In this document: one piece after another, positions 43,923 through 56,200 of the stretch
Layout: the number at the start of each line of letters is the position of its first letter
How positions within the stretch are numbered: the first letter of the stretch is position 1
Origin: Eledone cirrhosa
Lineage: Eukaryota
NCBI GenBank assembly: GCA_964016885.1
Contig: OZ024747.1
Location: 806,001-870,000 of the forward strand
Reading direction: 5' to 3'
DNA: 64,000 nt
The notes under the pieces: generated by a model
What the model saw: only the letters and a program-made list of their open reading frames with translations
What the model was told of the DNA's origin: nothing
The model's database searches: none
Made by a program: the position numbers and the translations under genes

Positions 43923-45809
43923 ATGGAGGATTTTAGATGCAATGTATTATTAAAATCTGATACGACATTGGAAAAGAGGATAACTACATTGCTGAATCGA
44001 TTACATTTTACTGATGATGGAAGTGTAATGAAATCAGAAGATAATGTGTCAAAAATGTTTCTAGAAATTATCGAAGTACTTCAACAATTGAAACAGTATT
44101 TATCGGAGAAAGCGAATAATAATAATTGTTCGTTATTCACAGATATGAAAAGTGTTTATAGATTGTTGGATTGTTTGAGTCAGGTAAATAATTTAATGTT
44201 ACACTCAGACATCAATCGACTTGTGATCGAGTGTATTTTTAGTATATATGACTATAGTTATGTTCAACCAACAGAAACCCACACCAGGGCGTGGGCAATA
44301 TCAAAACTCCGAAACCCTTTGATGTATATAGACACTGAAAGAAAGTCAACCGTTTTTGATAATCTCGGTTTGCATACTGAATTAATCTGTGAAAACGCCA
44401 TATCAATGTTAAGGCAGTATATTCGTGATATGGAGAGAAACACCAACACGATTAACGGTAGACTTATACCAAGTGGATTATATATGGCATCTGACCAGCT
44501 TTCTGATGTCTGTTCAATATTGATTTATATTTTGCACAATTCGTTGCAGCCGCATGTTCAAATCTTGGTTGACGTATTCATGAACTATTTTTCAAAGCTG
44601 CCTTGTCCAGAGGTCGTTGTAGACTTTTACCGAAAGTTGGACAGTTTAGAAGTGGGGATATATGCCGGGAGCTTCACAGCTGCTAATGTATCTTCTCGTG
44701 GGTATCTAAGCTTTTTCAGTCGATGTAAGTTATGGACAAGTTACATGCCGAGTTTAGAACGTGAAATCTTATCATTGATCCGTGCAAACTTTGAGTGGAA
44801 TTTCAGCAGAAAACACATGGAGGGAATAATGAATTCTAGACAGTTCCCGAAAGCTTGTGCTCAAAGTACGCAGCTATTTCTGGAAACTTCAACTATATTC
44901 CACTCTATTGTCGAGAAACTAGTCGCTGTAACAAAGAAAAACATTACAGTGGCAACACATTGCGGTGGTACAGCCATTTTCAGTGTCTTGTCTGTCTTTT
45001 ATGATTGTGTTCACCGACATACAGCAGAATACAGCTTTAATGAGGACTCTTTGTCGCTTTATTCCCTGTACCCTTCGTTCTTCCATGAAATACTGAGACA
45101 ATATACCCGAATACCCTACCAGGACACATCAGGTGTCGAGAATGTGAAATATCTTTTCCAACAAATAGAAATTTGGAAGGGGTGTCATGGATTCGATCTC
45201 GTTCACGTTTGGATTCGGACGCAGCACTTTCGCTTGAAATTTATAGCCTATCTATTAAGACATGGTTTCACTGTGCCAGAAACTAACCTGGACGACTGGT
45301 TAAACACTTTACTGTGGTTCTACCAGTCTGACCTCATTTCAGCTAACTACATACACATGAAGGAGCTACTCTTCAGGTTTATGAAAGAACTGAGACAAGT
45401 ATTCTGTGAATACAGCCCTACATGGGACAACCTTAAACACATCTTGCCAGCTGCTGACAATTTTCATTCTGAGTCCGTCGTAGTCAAATCAGTTGTAGAC
45501 AGTTTGTTGTTAGCCTTTGTGCTTTACAGCAAGGTTGACCTACGTTTTGTAGACCATGTTCTACAGTTCATCACAGGTAGTGATGAAAATAATTCAATCC
45601 ACTCACACCTTGTTGTTCTTTTATCTGCTGAATCCTTACTACAGTTTGAAGCAGCAGCTACTCAAAGCAGATATGTTAGTCTCATCACATATTATAGGTC
45701 AAAGTGGAAAGAAGAAAATCATACATCTCAGGATGGCAGTTCTTTGTCCACGGTTACCCCTGCACAAATTTTGGCTGGATGTGAGGTTGTCATCAAAGAT
45801 TATTCTTAG
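43923..45809 (+). CDS. FANCC: Fanconi anemia complementation group C-like protein, single coding exon, 628 aa
   Basis: Long stop-free non-repetitive ORF; ttgacag|GCATGG acceptor plus ATG. Colinear motif matches to human FANCC recalled from memory: LWTSYMPSLEREILSL ~ LWLRHLPSLEKAMLHL; LSDVCSILI ~ LSRVCVPLI; FPKAC ~ LPQAAC; LLWFY ~ LLAFYY; VVDSLLLAFVLYS ~ LIRHLLLNFLLWA. Confidence 0.72.
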   Translation: MEDFRCNVLLKSDTTLEKRITTLLNRLHFTDDGSVMKSEDNVSKMFLEIIEVLQQLKQYLSEKANNNNCSLFTDMKSVYRLLDCLSQVNNLMLHSDINRLVIECIFSIYDYSYVQPTETHTRAWAISKLRNPLMYIDTERKSTVFDNLGLHTELICENAISMLRQYIRDMERNTNTINGRLIPSGLYMASDQLSDVCSILIYILHNSLQPHVQILVDVFMNYFSKLPCPEVVVDFYRKLDSLEVGIYAGSFTAANVSSRGYLSFFSRCKLWTSYMPSLEREILSLIRANFEWNFSRKHMEGIMNSRQFPKACAQSTQLFLETSTIFHSIVEKLVAVTKKNITVATHCGGTAIFSVLSVFYDCVHRHTAEYSFNEDSLSLYSLYPSFFHEILRQYTRIPYQDTSGVENVKYLFQQIEIWKGCHGFDLVHVWIRTQHFRLKFIAYLLRHGFTVPETNLDDWLNTLLWFYQSDLISANYIHMKELLFRFMKELRQVFCEYSPTWDNLKHILPAADNFHSESVVVKSVVDSLLLAFVLYSKVDLRFVDHVLQFITGSDENNSIHSHLVVLLSAESLLQFEAAATQSRYVSLITYYRSKWKEENHTSQDGSSLSTVTPAQILAGCEVVIKDYS

Positions 45810-45895
45810 AGTTTTGTCCAAACATATCCTGATAATTTGGTAGGTGGACTGTGGTCTGAGATTGAATCACATTTACTGACACATACACACATATT

Positions 45896-46078
45896 TGGAT
45901 TGGCAGTATCGGTAGAGGGTCGGACGCCATGCTTTGCAACACAGTTACGTCCCTTTACGGATTGAGTTCAAATCCCGCCGAGGTTAACTTTGCCTTTCAT
46001 CCTTACGGGGTCGATAAAATCAAGTACCAGTAATACACTGAGATAATTGCTGGCCTTGTGCCAAAAGTAGAAACAATT
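45896..46078 (+). mobile_element. Family-A SINE immediately downstream of the FANCC-like stop codon
   Basis: TGGCAGTATCGG A-box, GAGTTCAAATCC B-box, conserved core. Confidence 0.9.
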
Positions 46079-49000
46079 ATATATATATATGTATAGAAAC
46101 AGAGAGAAAGAGGCTTTCACACTTGTACGAGATTGCACTGAAAAGGCATTGATACAACTGAGGTTAAAGAAGGTGTCAGAATCAAGTAGTTGTGAAGCAT
46201 ACTTGTTAAACAGCCGTCAGATTAACATTTTATGAAGAAAGAAAACTAGCTGACAATAACAAAGAACTTTATAGATTTTTAAATATATTTTATTAACAGA
46301 ACTTTGAACTGATAACAAGTAGCGAAACAGTCTTAAATACATCATTCTAGAATTTTCTGGGTGAACAATTTAATAATAATAATAATTGTAGTGGTAGAAG
46401 TAATAATAATAACAATAATAATAATCATGATTATAATGGTAATGTTTTCTTACGCATGAAGCAGGTGATATTTTTTGTTTTAGTTTTCAAAGGGAGGGAA
46501 GATGGGAGTTGTGGCGTTCATACCTTTCCCAATGGTATTAGCAATATTTAGTGAAGTGAAGATCAAGGTAGAAATTGTATGCAACACACTATGGTCTAGC
46601 TTCACTACACCATGTTACCCGCAACAACAATAACAACAATATTTTTCCGATAACAACAACAATGACGTTAAAGAAACTTGAAACCTAGGACTGTTGGCTT
46701 TTTAAAAAAATTTTTTACAGGGTGGGGGTGGAGGATGAGAAGTGGTGAAGTAGATGCCTTTCTTAAGGGAGTTTAATTAATGACACTGTAAAGGTTTCAA
46801 ATGTGTATTGGAACTTTGCTGGGAACGTAGTCACACCACAACGCACACTATAAAGAACAACAATAATAATAACGTTGAATTCTTAATTAGTTACAGGGCC
46901 ACTGAACAATATCCCCGCCCCCTCTTACCCCTTAATTTCACCGACCGTGGGCAGGATTTGAACTCAGAAAACAGAAATGAATCTAAATCTTATTTAGTAT
47001 GAAGTTCTATTGGTTCTGTCACTGTATCCCAGTAATAATAATATAAATAATAGCAACAACACTGCACTATGGTTATTATTATAGGAAAAATAATGTTAGA
47101 AATAATGATTATTATAAAAAAAAAAAAATAAATAGTAGCCATGTGTGGGGTCACAATCTGTTTTGAAATTGCCTTATATTCCCATTAATATATACACAAA
47201 CACATTCATGTATATATATATGCATAGACATACACACATATATATATTTATATATCTTTAGGTATTTAATTTTTTTCTCATGTGGGATTATATATATATA
47301 TATACACATATATATATATATACACACATATATGTACACACACACATATATATATACATATACTTTTTCTTCTCTCCCATTTTATTTTTAAAAAAATGAA
47401 TTTAATTTAAGATAAATTGGGTTCAAGAAGTTTGCAAAAATGATTTAAATAATTTTTAAATCTTAAAAAAACAAAAAAAAAACAATATAATTACATTTTC
47501 ATTGTTTTTATCTTTATTCTTTTAAAATAAATATTTAAGTTTCGTCTGTTTTACAATTTATCCTTCCCTTACCTCACTCCTTTCCACACGCTAACCATTC
47601 ATTTGACAAACATAACACAGGTAAATGTATTAAACCTTTCAAAAAATCCTTAAACAAACTCTTTGCTGAACCATAAAAGGTTTAGAGGGGGTTTGATGGG
47701 TGACTAAGTCCTCCTTGGTCTATGGGGTTTTGATGTGTGATTAGGCTCTCTCTAGTCTACAGAGGGTTTAATGTGACTAAGCTCTCCTTGGTTTACAGGA
47801 GTTTGTTTGATGTGTTACAAAGACTTCCTTGGTCTACAACAGTTAAATGTGAGTCCCCCTTGCATACAATATCCACATTAGCCATTTGTTTTCTATTTTA
47901 ACCGTATAGTATAATTTTGGGGGAGATTTTGATTCTATTTCCAGCAAGTCAGGTGATCACAGAGAGACCTTTCTTGTTGGCTCTTTCAGTTGTCTTTTTT
48001 TTGTGTAAGCTAACTGGAAATGATAGATCTATTTTAACAGAAAGGAGGAGCTGAGAGATAGCTCCACCTCATCTGGGGGGATAGCGCCACTCCAACTGGA
48101 AGATGTAATATAGCTCCACTCCAACTGGGACACTAGTATAGAGTAACAGACAATCTGGTATTCTCCCAATAGCACAGTTAACCTGATGTAATGTTGAACT
48201 TACATCCTCTGACCCCAATGATACAGTACAAGGGCAATTGACTGCCTTTAACAGGATATGAATAGCTGACTCAATTCCACAGTACTATAGCCATTTCACC
48301 TACACACATACACAGATGTGTAGGTGAAATGAAAGTATATATATACACACCCCATACATGTACATTTGGTTTTATAAGTAGAACAAATTGAACTTAGTAT
48401 TTAAAACGGACTATATGTAATGTATTTATTTGTAGTTGAGAAAACTACTTGAGTTACTCAGGGATCTAGAGTTTTAGGTTAAAATAACTGCTAAAATTCA
48501 ACAAGTGTTTTGTGTTTTGGTACGAAACATTAGGTCCCTGAATAACTATTATAGTCTTAACTAATATAAAATTTATACACACATGTATATATATATATTT
48601 CTGTGTATATATAAAAGAAAAAGAGGAAGTAGGGATTACAATTCTTAAAAAAATAAACAAAAATAAAAACAGGTTAAATATATTTAATATATATAAAATT
48701 TCACTAGAAATAAATTAACAAATATTTTAACAAGTGGGAAATACATCATGTGACTTTGTAATAACAAATAGAAGGGGGAGAAGAAAAAAACAATATTTTA
48801 TAAACTTTATAACTGAAAGGAAAAACATAGTTGTTTATTTTTAAAAATTAAATTTATGATTGTTTAATGATTTGTATATATTAGGCTTAGAGATTGTTTA
48901 GTTGACTGCCAGTTGACTACAATTTGACTGCCAGTTGACTACCAGTTTATCATCAAAGCTGCCAACTCCACAGCCTTGAAAAGATGATAAAAAGTCAAGT

Positions 49001-50298
49001 GTAGCAGTGAAGTCTGATGGTAACCAGAAAGACTAAATACTGAAGGTGATTTAGTTTGATGCTGGTTAAAGGATAGAATGATGAGAGAAGAAATGGTAAG
49101 AAATTCCACAACGTTGTGAATGGCTTTGTCCTTGAGGACATTTGTGCTAAGTAAGCAAAGTGAATTTAGTTTTAAGCTGGGAACTGAAACCTCAAAGACT
49201 CCATTTGCAAGGCAACCAGTCTCTTTTATAGAGAGGTCTAAATTGTGTGTATTGAGGGGGTACACAATCTCCCCAATTATAACCCAGTTTTACTGTGAAA
49301 GAAATTTGGTGGTACAACAAAACATATTCACACAGAAAATATAAACAGAATTCAATAATTATGATCCCCTGGACAAATTGTTTCAGTAATGACAAAGGTT
49401 CTACAGTGAGGACCTTAATAAATAATTAGAATTTATTTTACGCACTGAATGAAAAAGAGGCATACATTGCCCCTGGATAACATGCTAGTTCTATTGCAAA
49501 TAACATTTTCCCTACACAAAGGTAATCAGAAGCAAATGTAGGAGTTACAATTCCCAACACACCTCCATCTCTCACCCTTCAATGAATTAAAGATTTGTAG
49601 TGTAATGTAATTTAAATGCGTTCCTCCATAGGACTGATGTACAACTTGACTTTCTAAAGAGCTGTGGCCAATATATTCCCCGCATCAGTGAATCCTCCTA
49701 TACAGGGAGTATATTCTAATAAATTCTTGTAGTTCTCTTGGGGATGTCCACTCTCTCCCTCACACACAATATAATCTTGTCCACTGGGCTATTTCAGCTC
49801 AACATAAAATATATATTCTTTTTAACAACAGCAATAACAACAGGGATGAGAGGACAATGAATGAAAAATTAGACAAATATGGGCAGAATAAATTAACATA
49901 AAAGAAAAATAAATTTCTGTTTTTGTTTCTGTAGAGTTTTTTGGATATTTCTTTTTTCGTTTGTGTGGCACAAGGCCATTATTATTATTATTATTTTATT
50001 GTCAGGGATATTCTATAGAATATGAGTATGATGAGGCACATGGCCATATTTCTTCTGTAGAGGATATATATGTGTATATGCGTGTGTGTATACATATATA
50101 TATCAGTAGTACTAAGTGAGTAAACATCACTGATGATGGATAAACATCTTGAAATACTTGTCTTGCATTCTCACATGACTACTGACATGATCACAGTTTA
50201 AAACCTTCATAGCAAGACTTATGTTTATTATACATAAACATAGTAATTCCCTTTATATATGTTGCTATTGTTACTATATATGCATGTATGTATATGTA

Positions 50299-50329
<31 letters not shown>

Positions 50330-51239
50330 TCTACTCTATATTTTTATATACCTTCTGTTTGGCAAGGAGATAAATTTGAGTAATAAACATCACTTTTTCT
50401 TCCTTTGCTAAAAGATATCTTTAGATAATCTGCATGTTACACACACATATATAGATATATACACACACACATATAGATATACACACACACATAGATACAC
50501 TCACACACACACATAGATATACTCACACACACATATATATATATACACACACACACATATAGATATACACTCACACACATATAGATATACACTCACACAC
50601 ATATAGATATACACTCACATACATATAGATACACACACACACATTTCCAAATTTTCATTTCAATTGCTACACATTTTAAGCAATATTTTCTTATATTTCA
50701 AATATTAGAAAACTAATTAAAATGATATTCCGTACATTATTAAGCAAACCCAAGAATATATTAGTAATTAATATAGCTACTGTTTTAACATCATTTTAGT
50801 TAACTTAATAAATTAATTAACAAGGACGTAGTTTTGACTAGAACACCACCATTACTTCATGTGAATTTCAAAGATAACATAATATAACATGTGTGTATGT
50901 GTGTAATTATGTAGATTTGTAGATTTTATCATGTGTTAAAAGCCATTCCAATGATTAGAAACAATCTAATTCCCATTTATCCATTTTTAACTCACAGAAA
51001 TATTTGTTATTAACCCTCACCAACACTTAGTAACTTTTTAATGAATATTCACATATTCTTCGATCTTTGAGAAAAAAAAATGGAATTTACATCTCATATT
51101 AATGCAGGTATCTCTGGTGAAAGAGGCCAAAGTCCTATGAAAAGCTATGTAAATATAAGTATCCTACACAAGAATATGGTGCTCTGCCCATCTGGAAATT
51201 CAACCTACAACCTAAAGATCATAAGTACAACACTCTAAG

Positions 51240-51518
51240 TAGTGGTGGTGGTAGTGGTAGTTGTGATGGTGGTGTTAGTGGAGGTGGTTGTGATAGTAGT
51301 AGTGGTGGTGGTGATAGTGGTAGTAGTGGTGGTGGTTGTGATAGTAGTAGTAGTGGTGGTGATAGTGGTAGTTCTGATGGTGGTTGTGATAGTAGTAGTA
51401 GTGGTGGTGATAGTGGTAGTAGTGGTGGCGGTTGTGATAGTAGTAGTAGTGGTGGTGATAGTGGTAGTAGTGGTGGTGATAGTAATAGTATCAATAGTGG
51501 TGATAGTAGTAGTAGTAA
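51240..51518. repeat. (GTG/GTA)n trinucleotide-based low-complexity repeat
   Basis: Direct reading. Confidence 0.9.
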
Positions 51519-51759
51519 TTTCTGTATTTAAAATGAAATTGATTTCTAACATTGGCCGGAAGACCAGATATGGGGGGGGGGGGGGGGGGTTAGATATAGT
51601 TGGTTCTACCTCAGTATACTACTGGTATTTAACAGGTTGACAGGTAGAGATGGCTGGGAGGTATATAGCACAAGGGTCACATAAAACTTGGATGGATTGA
51701 ACAGTTAACAAACAAGATAAACAATAAAAGTAATAAATAAATTGTCATCGTTAGTGTTT

Positions 51760-52345
51760 TATATACATACATATATATATATATATATACATACATATAT
51801 ATATATATATATACATACATATATATATATATATTATATATATATATATCAAAATAAGTAACGGAGTCAGAAACTCACGTTAGTCCCTGTACCTTGATAA
51901 ACACACACTATATATATATATATATATACATAATATATATATATATACATACATAATATATATATAATATATATATATACATAATATATATATATATTAT
52001 ATATATATACATACATAATATATATATTATATATATATACATACATAATATATATATTATATATATATACATAATATATATATTATATATATATACATAA
52101 TTGTTTCTACTTTAGGCACAAGGCCAGCAATTACCCAGTGCATTACTGGTACTTTATTTTATCGACCCCGTAAGGATGAAAGGCAAAGTCAACCTCGGCG
52201 GGATTTGAACTCAGATCGTAAAGGGACGTAACTATGCTGGGAAGCATGGCGCCCGACCCTCCACCGATACTGCCAATCCACCGCCCTTATATATATATAT
52301 ACATAATATATATATCATATACATAATATATATATCATATACATA

Positions 52346-52376
<31 letters not shown>

Positions 52377-52738
52377 ATACATAATATATATATATATTAT
52401 ATATACATAATATATATATATATTAATATATATATTATGTATATATATATATATATTATGTATATATATTTATTATGTATATATATATTAAGTATATATA
52501 TATATTTAATGTATGTATATATATATATATATATTATATATATATATATACATACATAATATGTATATATATATATATATTATGTATATATATATATATA
52601 TTATGTATGCATTTATATATATATATATATATATATTATGTATACATATATATATATATATAGTAATAATAATAAATTTGAAGACTAAAATCCAAAGAGG
52701 GCTGTTATTTTAATAAATATATATATATATATATATAC
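51760..52738. repeat. Long (TA)n/(TACA) microsatellite field with a family-A SINE inserted at 52100-52285 (minus)
   Basis: Direct reading; SINE A/B boxes on the minus strand. Confidence 0.9.
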
Positions 52739-52770
52739 AATGTTCAATATTAAATAAATGGAAACTATAT

Positions 52771-52838
52771 TTATTCTATTATATATATTTCAAGGGTACC
52801 AAAAACTTTGGTACGCTTTCATCAGATAAAATACAAAG
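52771..52838 (-). ncRNA. Minimal type-I hammerhead ribozyme candidate (mirror copy)
   Basis: Reverse complement of the plus-strand motif; TCATCAG at 52819-52825, TTTC at 52788-52791. Confidence 0.7.
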
Positions 52839-52946
52839 AGTGTTTTATAAATTTTGATCTTATCAGTTGAATTTTCTTGGGTACCCAAGAAAATTCAACT
52901 GATAAGGTATGATTTACTTGGCTATGTCAAAATTTATAAAACACTC

Positions 52947-53014
52947 TTTGTATTTTATCTGATGAAAGAGTACCAAAGTTTTTGGTACCCTTGAAATATA
53001 TATAATAGAATAAA
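52947..53014 (+). ncRNA. Minimal type-I hammerhead ribozyme candidate
   Basis: uauuuuau-CUGAUGA(52959-65)-AAGaGUACCAAA guu UUUGGUACcCUU-GAAA(52993-96)-UAUAUAUA|AUAGAAUA. Confidence 0.7.
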
Positions 53015-53264
53015 TATGGTTTTATAAATATAGTTTCCATTTATTTAATTGGTTCTACTTTAGGCACAAGGCCAGCAATTACCCAGTGCATTACTGGTAC
53101 TTTATTTTATCAACCCCGTAAAGATGAAAGGCAAAGTCAACCTCGGCGGGATTTGAATTATTTAATATCATTTAATATTATACTCCAGAAATCTGTCGAG
53201 TGCTCTGAATCAGTTATAAACATTTATATTTGTTGTATTTCCAACAAATTAAATATCCCTTCTA

Positions 53265-53298
<34 letters not shown>

Positions 53299-56200
53299 CT
53301 TGTGATTATCGTAGTCCACAAAAGGAAAAAGAACTCAATATTTATAATAGAATATTTTATAGGTAGATTTATTCCCATTCTTACAACATGGCCACAATGT
53401 TTCAGCAAAGTCTGTGTTTGCAAAGCCTCATCAGTTTAGCACAAAACTGTTTTACTGGAACATTGTGGCCATACTGTAAACATATGAATAGACTTCTCTC
53501 TCTCTCATGTATGTATATATATATATATATACAAACACACACAGATTTATAAAAGGTCTCTTGTTCAAGACATAACATTGTATTATATTAAAAATTTGAA
53601 AAGCAACAACATTAACAAGAACATTTTCAGCACCTGAGATGTTAGAGGGAACTGCATAAAATAGAAGAATGATGTGACAGATCAGTATATGCTGCTCAGA
53701 TAGATAAATAGATGTTGTTATTCTCAGAACTCTCACAAATACTTATATCTGTATAAATACATATGTAGGTGCCATCTGCTCTGTGTCACTTTCCTTCTTT
53801 CTAGTGTCAGTAAAATCAACAGCTGGATTGGTACTTTTATCAATCCAGGAAAGTTGAAAAGCAATGTTGATCTCAGTGATATTTCAACTCTGAACATAAA
53901 GAAATATGAACTGAATATTTCAAGACATTTTGTCAAATCTTCCATTGATTCTGCTGCTAATCAATGTTAACAAATATTTAAGAATTGTTAACTTTTGGGA
54001 CGAACACAAAGCCACAGATTGATAGAGGAATGGATAACAGTTAAATTGAGCCATTCCATTTAACAAGACAATAAAACTGTAGACCTCAGCAAACTAAACT
54101 ATGCCCTATATTGTAGAATGTAGAAAAAAACAGGGTAAGGAATATTGAAACCCCACAAACACATTATATATATATAATATACATATACATACATTATACA
54201 TATATATATACATATGCAAGCGTGGAAGATGGACGTTAAACGATGATGATGATACATATACATATATACACACATATATATATACATACACGAGTCCCGC
54301 ATTCAATCAGGGTTAACCACAGTTAGAAAGGTACTCAATACATTAGTAGAGTGTAAACATTATGTTTAATATAATAATATAGAAATGGCTTCTACAGGAA
54401 TAGAACTGTTTCATTCAAAAGAAATAATGAGGAAAGCCGACTGTTGTATTTATGTTTTCTGGTGGTTGGGGAAGGTGGTGATTTGGGGGTTGGGTGGAGG
54501 TCATTAGCCAAGGGATTTTAAAGAATAAGGATTCTTTGAAAAAGAAATATGTTTAGAAATATACACAATAATACAATGACACAGATAAAAGACAAGGTTC
54601 ACATTCTCCCTCACCTACCTATATATACAGGAAGCTATTCTTTAAACATTAAAGAAATAAAACCAGTTTATATGCATTGGTGAGTGAATCACTGTAGAGG
54701 CTGTAGTAGTAGTGGTAGAAGAGACAGAGAGAAGACTGTTTGCAAGCTAGTGGTTATAGTATGTTGGTGAGTGACTTATTGTAGAGGCTGTAGTAGTAGT
54801 GGTAGAAGTATGTTGGTGAGTGAATCACTAGAGAGGCTGCTGTAAGAATGGTAAACAATAACGGAGAAAAAATAGTCTATAAGGTAGTTGTGTCGTTGAA
54901 TCTTTTTAGTGAATCAGCCAGATGGTATGGGACATATGTAGTGGTATTGTGGCTCTATTATTAAGCTCACTTTGTAAGCATGACATCCCAATTTCTCTGC
55001 ATGATATCTTGGATTATAGTTGTAAATCAAAAGGAAGCCACACTGAATCTCCCTGAGAATTATATTAATGGTATTAGTGTCTGAGGAATATTCAACCACA
55101 TATAATGCAGAGGTAATTCCAATAACTCAACAACTCATTGTTAAAACTAAAGCCAGAATATATTTATTTTTAGAGAGTAACAACATCAATAAAAACCACA
55201 GCAGTGTTATATAGAGGGATATATCTACATAAGGGTAGATTTTTATGAGCAATAGCAACCTTGTGTCAGATATAGATGTATACACTTGTGTGTATGTATC
55301 TCTGTATACACACCTGTGTGTTTGACTTTCAAACCACACCCAGCATTGTTAACTTATTTTGTTGAAGCTCTATTGTAATGTTGTACTTTATTGTACCCTG
55401 TGAAAAATAAAGACCCCCACCACCATTATTATTATTATTGTGTCTTTAAAATTCTTTTTTATCTACAATGAATCTGACTTCTTATTTGTTGGTGTTATTA
55501 AAAAGAAATAGTTCTACATATTTGACTCTTGAGTTCAAGCTGGACTGATGTAAGCTTGCCCCCCCCCCCCCAATCCAAGAGTCAATAATGATTTATAATA
55601 GACACAAAGCCAACAATTTGAGGATTTGGGGGTCGATTACATTGACTCCAGTACGTAACTGGTACATCCGAAAGGATGTAAACCAAGATGACCTTGGTGG
55701 TATTTGAACTTGGAATGTAAAAAGCTATAACTGTACACCACAAAGCATTCTGCCTGACACCCTAATGATTCTGCCAATCCACTGCCCTCTGAGGGTCAAT
55801 ATCATCATCATACACCCACCTCTCCCTGCTTGCAAGGGTGGGATGGGAACTGATTCTGGCTTGATTTCTACAGCTGGATGCCCTTCCTAACACCAACCTC
55901 ATTTACAGTGTAGGCTGAGTGCTTTTTTGTTGTGGCACCTCCACGACCACTTTGCAGTGGAATGATAGGGACCCCAGTCCTATCATCTCATTTCTACAGC
56001 TGAGTAATATAAATAAAACTATATCCTTTCACTTAAAAAAACTGACTAGGTATCTACCACCTCTCCTACCTAAGAACACTTGTTTTATTGATAAACTACA
56101 GTCATAAATAATAAAACACAATAATGCTGTTCTAATTTATTCACTAGATCAGCAATTTGGAGGAGGGAAAAGTAGTTTATATTAAACTCATTGATTGCTA

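Larger units (their letters stand above)
52750..53048. mobile_element. About 300-bp palindromic element with two divergent hammerhead motifs
   Basis: Inverted arms around a central palindrome CTTATCAGTTGAATTTTCTTGG-GTAC-CCAAGAAAATTCAACTGATAAG. Confidence 0.85.

Noticed and set aside
51219-51640. Poly-T, poly-V and Pro-Leu ORFs
   Set aside because: Artefacts of a trinucleotide repeat.
53400-53440. Minus-strand CUGAUGA...GAAAC as a hammerhead or SECIS
   Set aside because: No stem I can form and there is no proper SECIS quartet; the segment is better explained as part of a simple hairpin.
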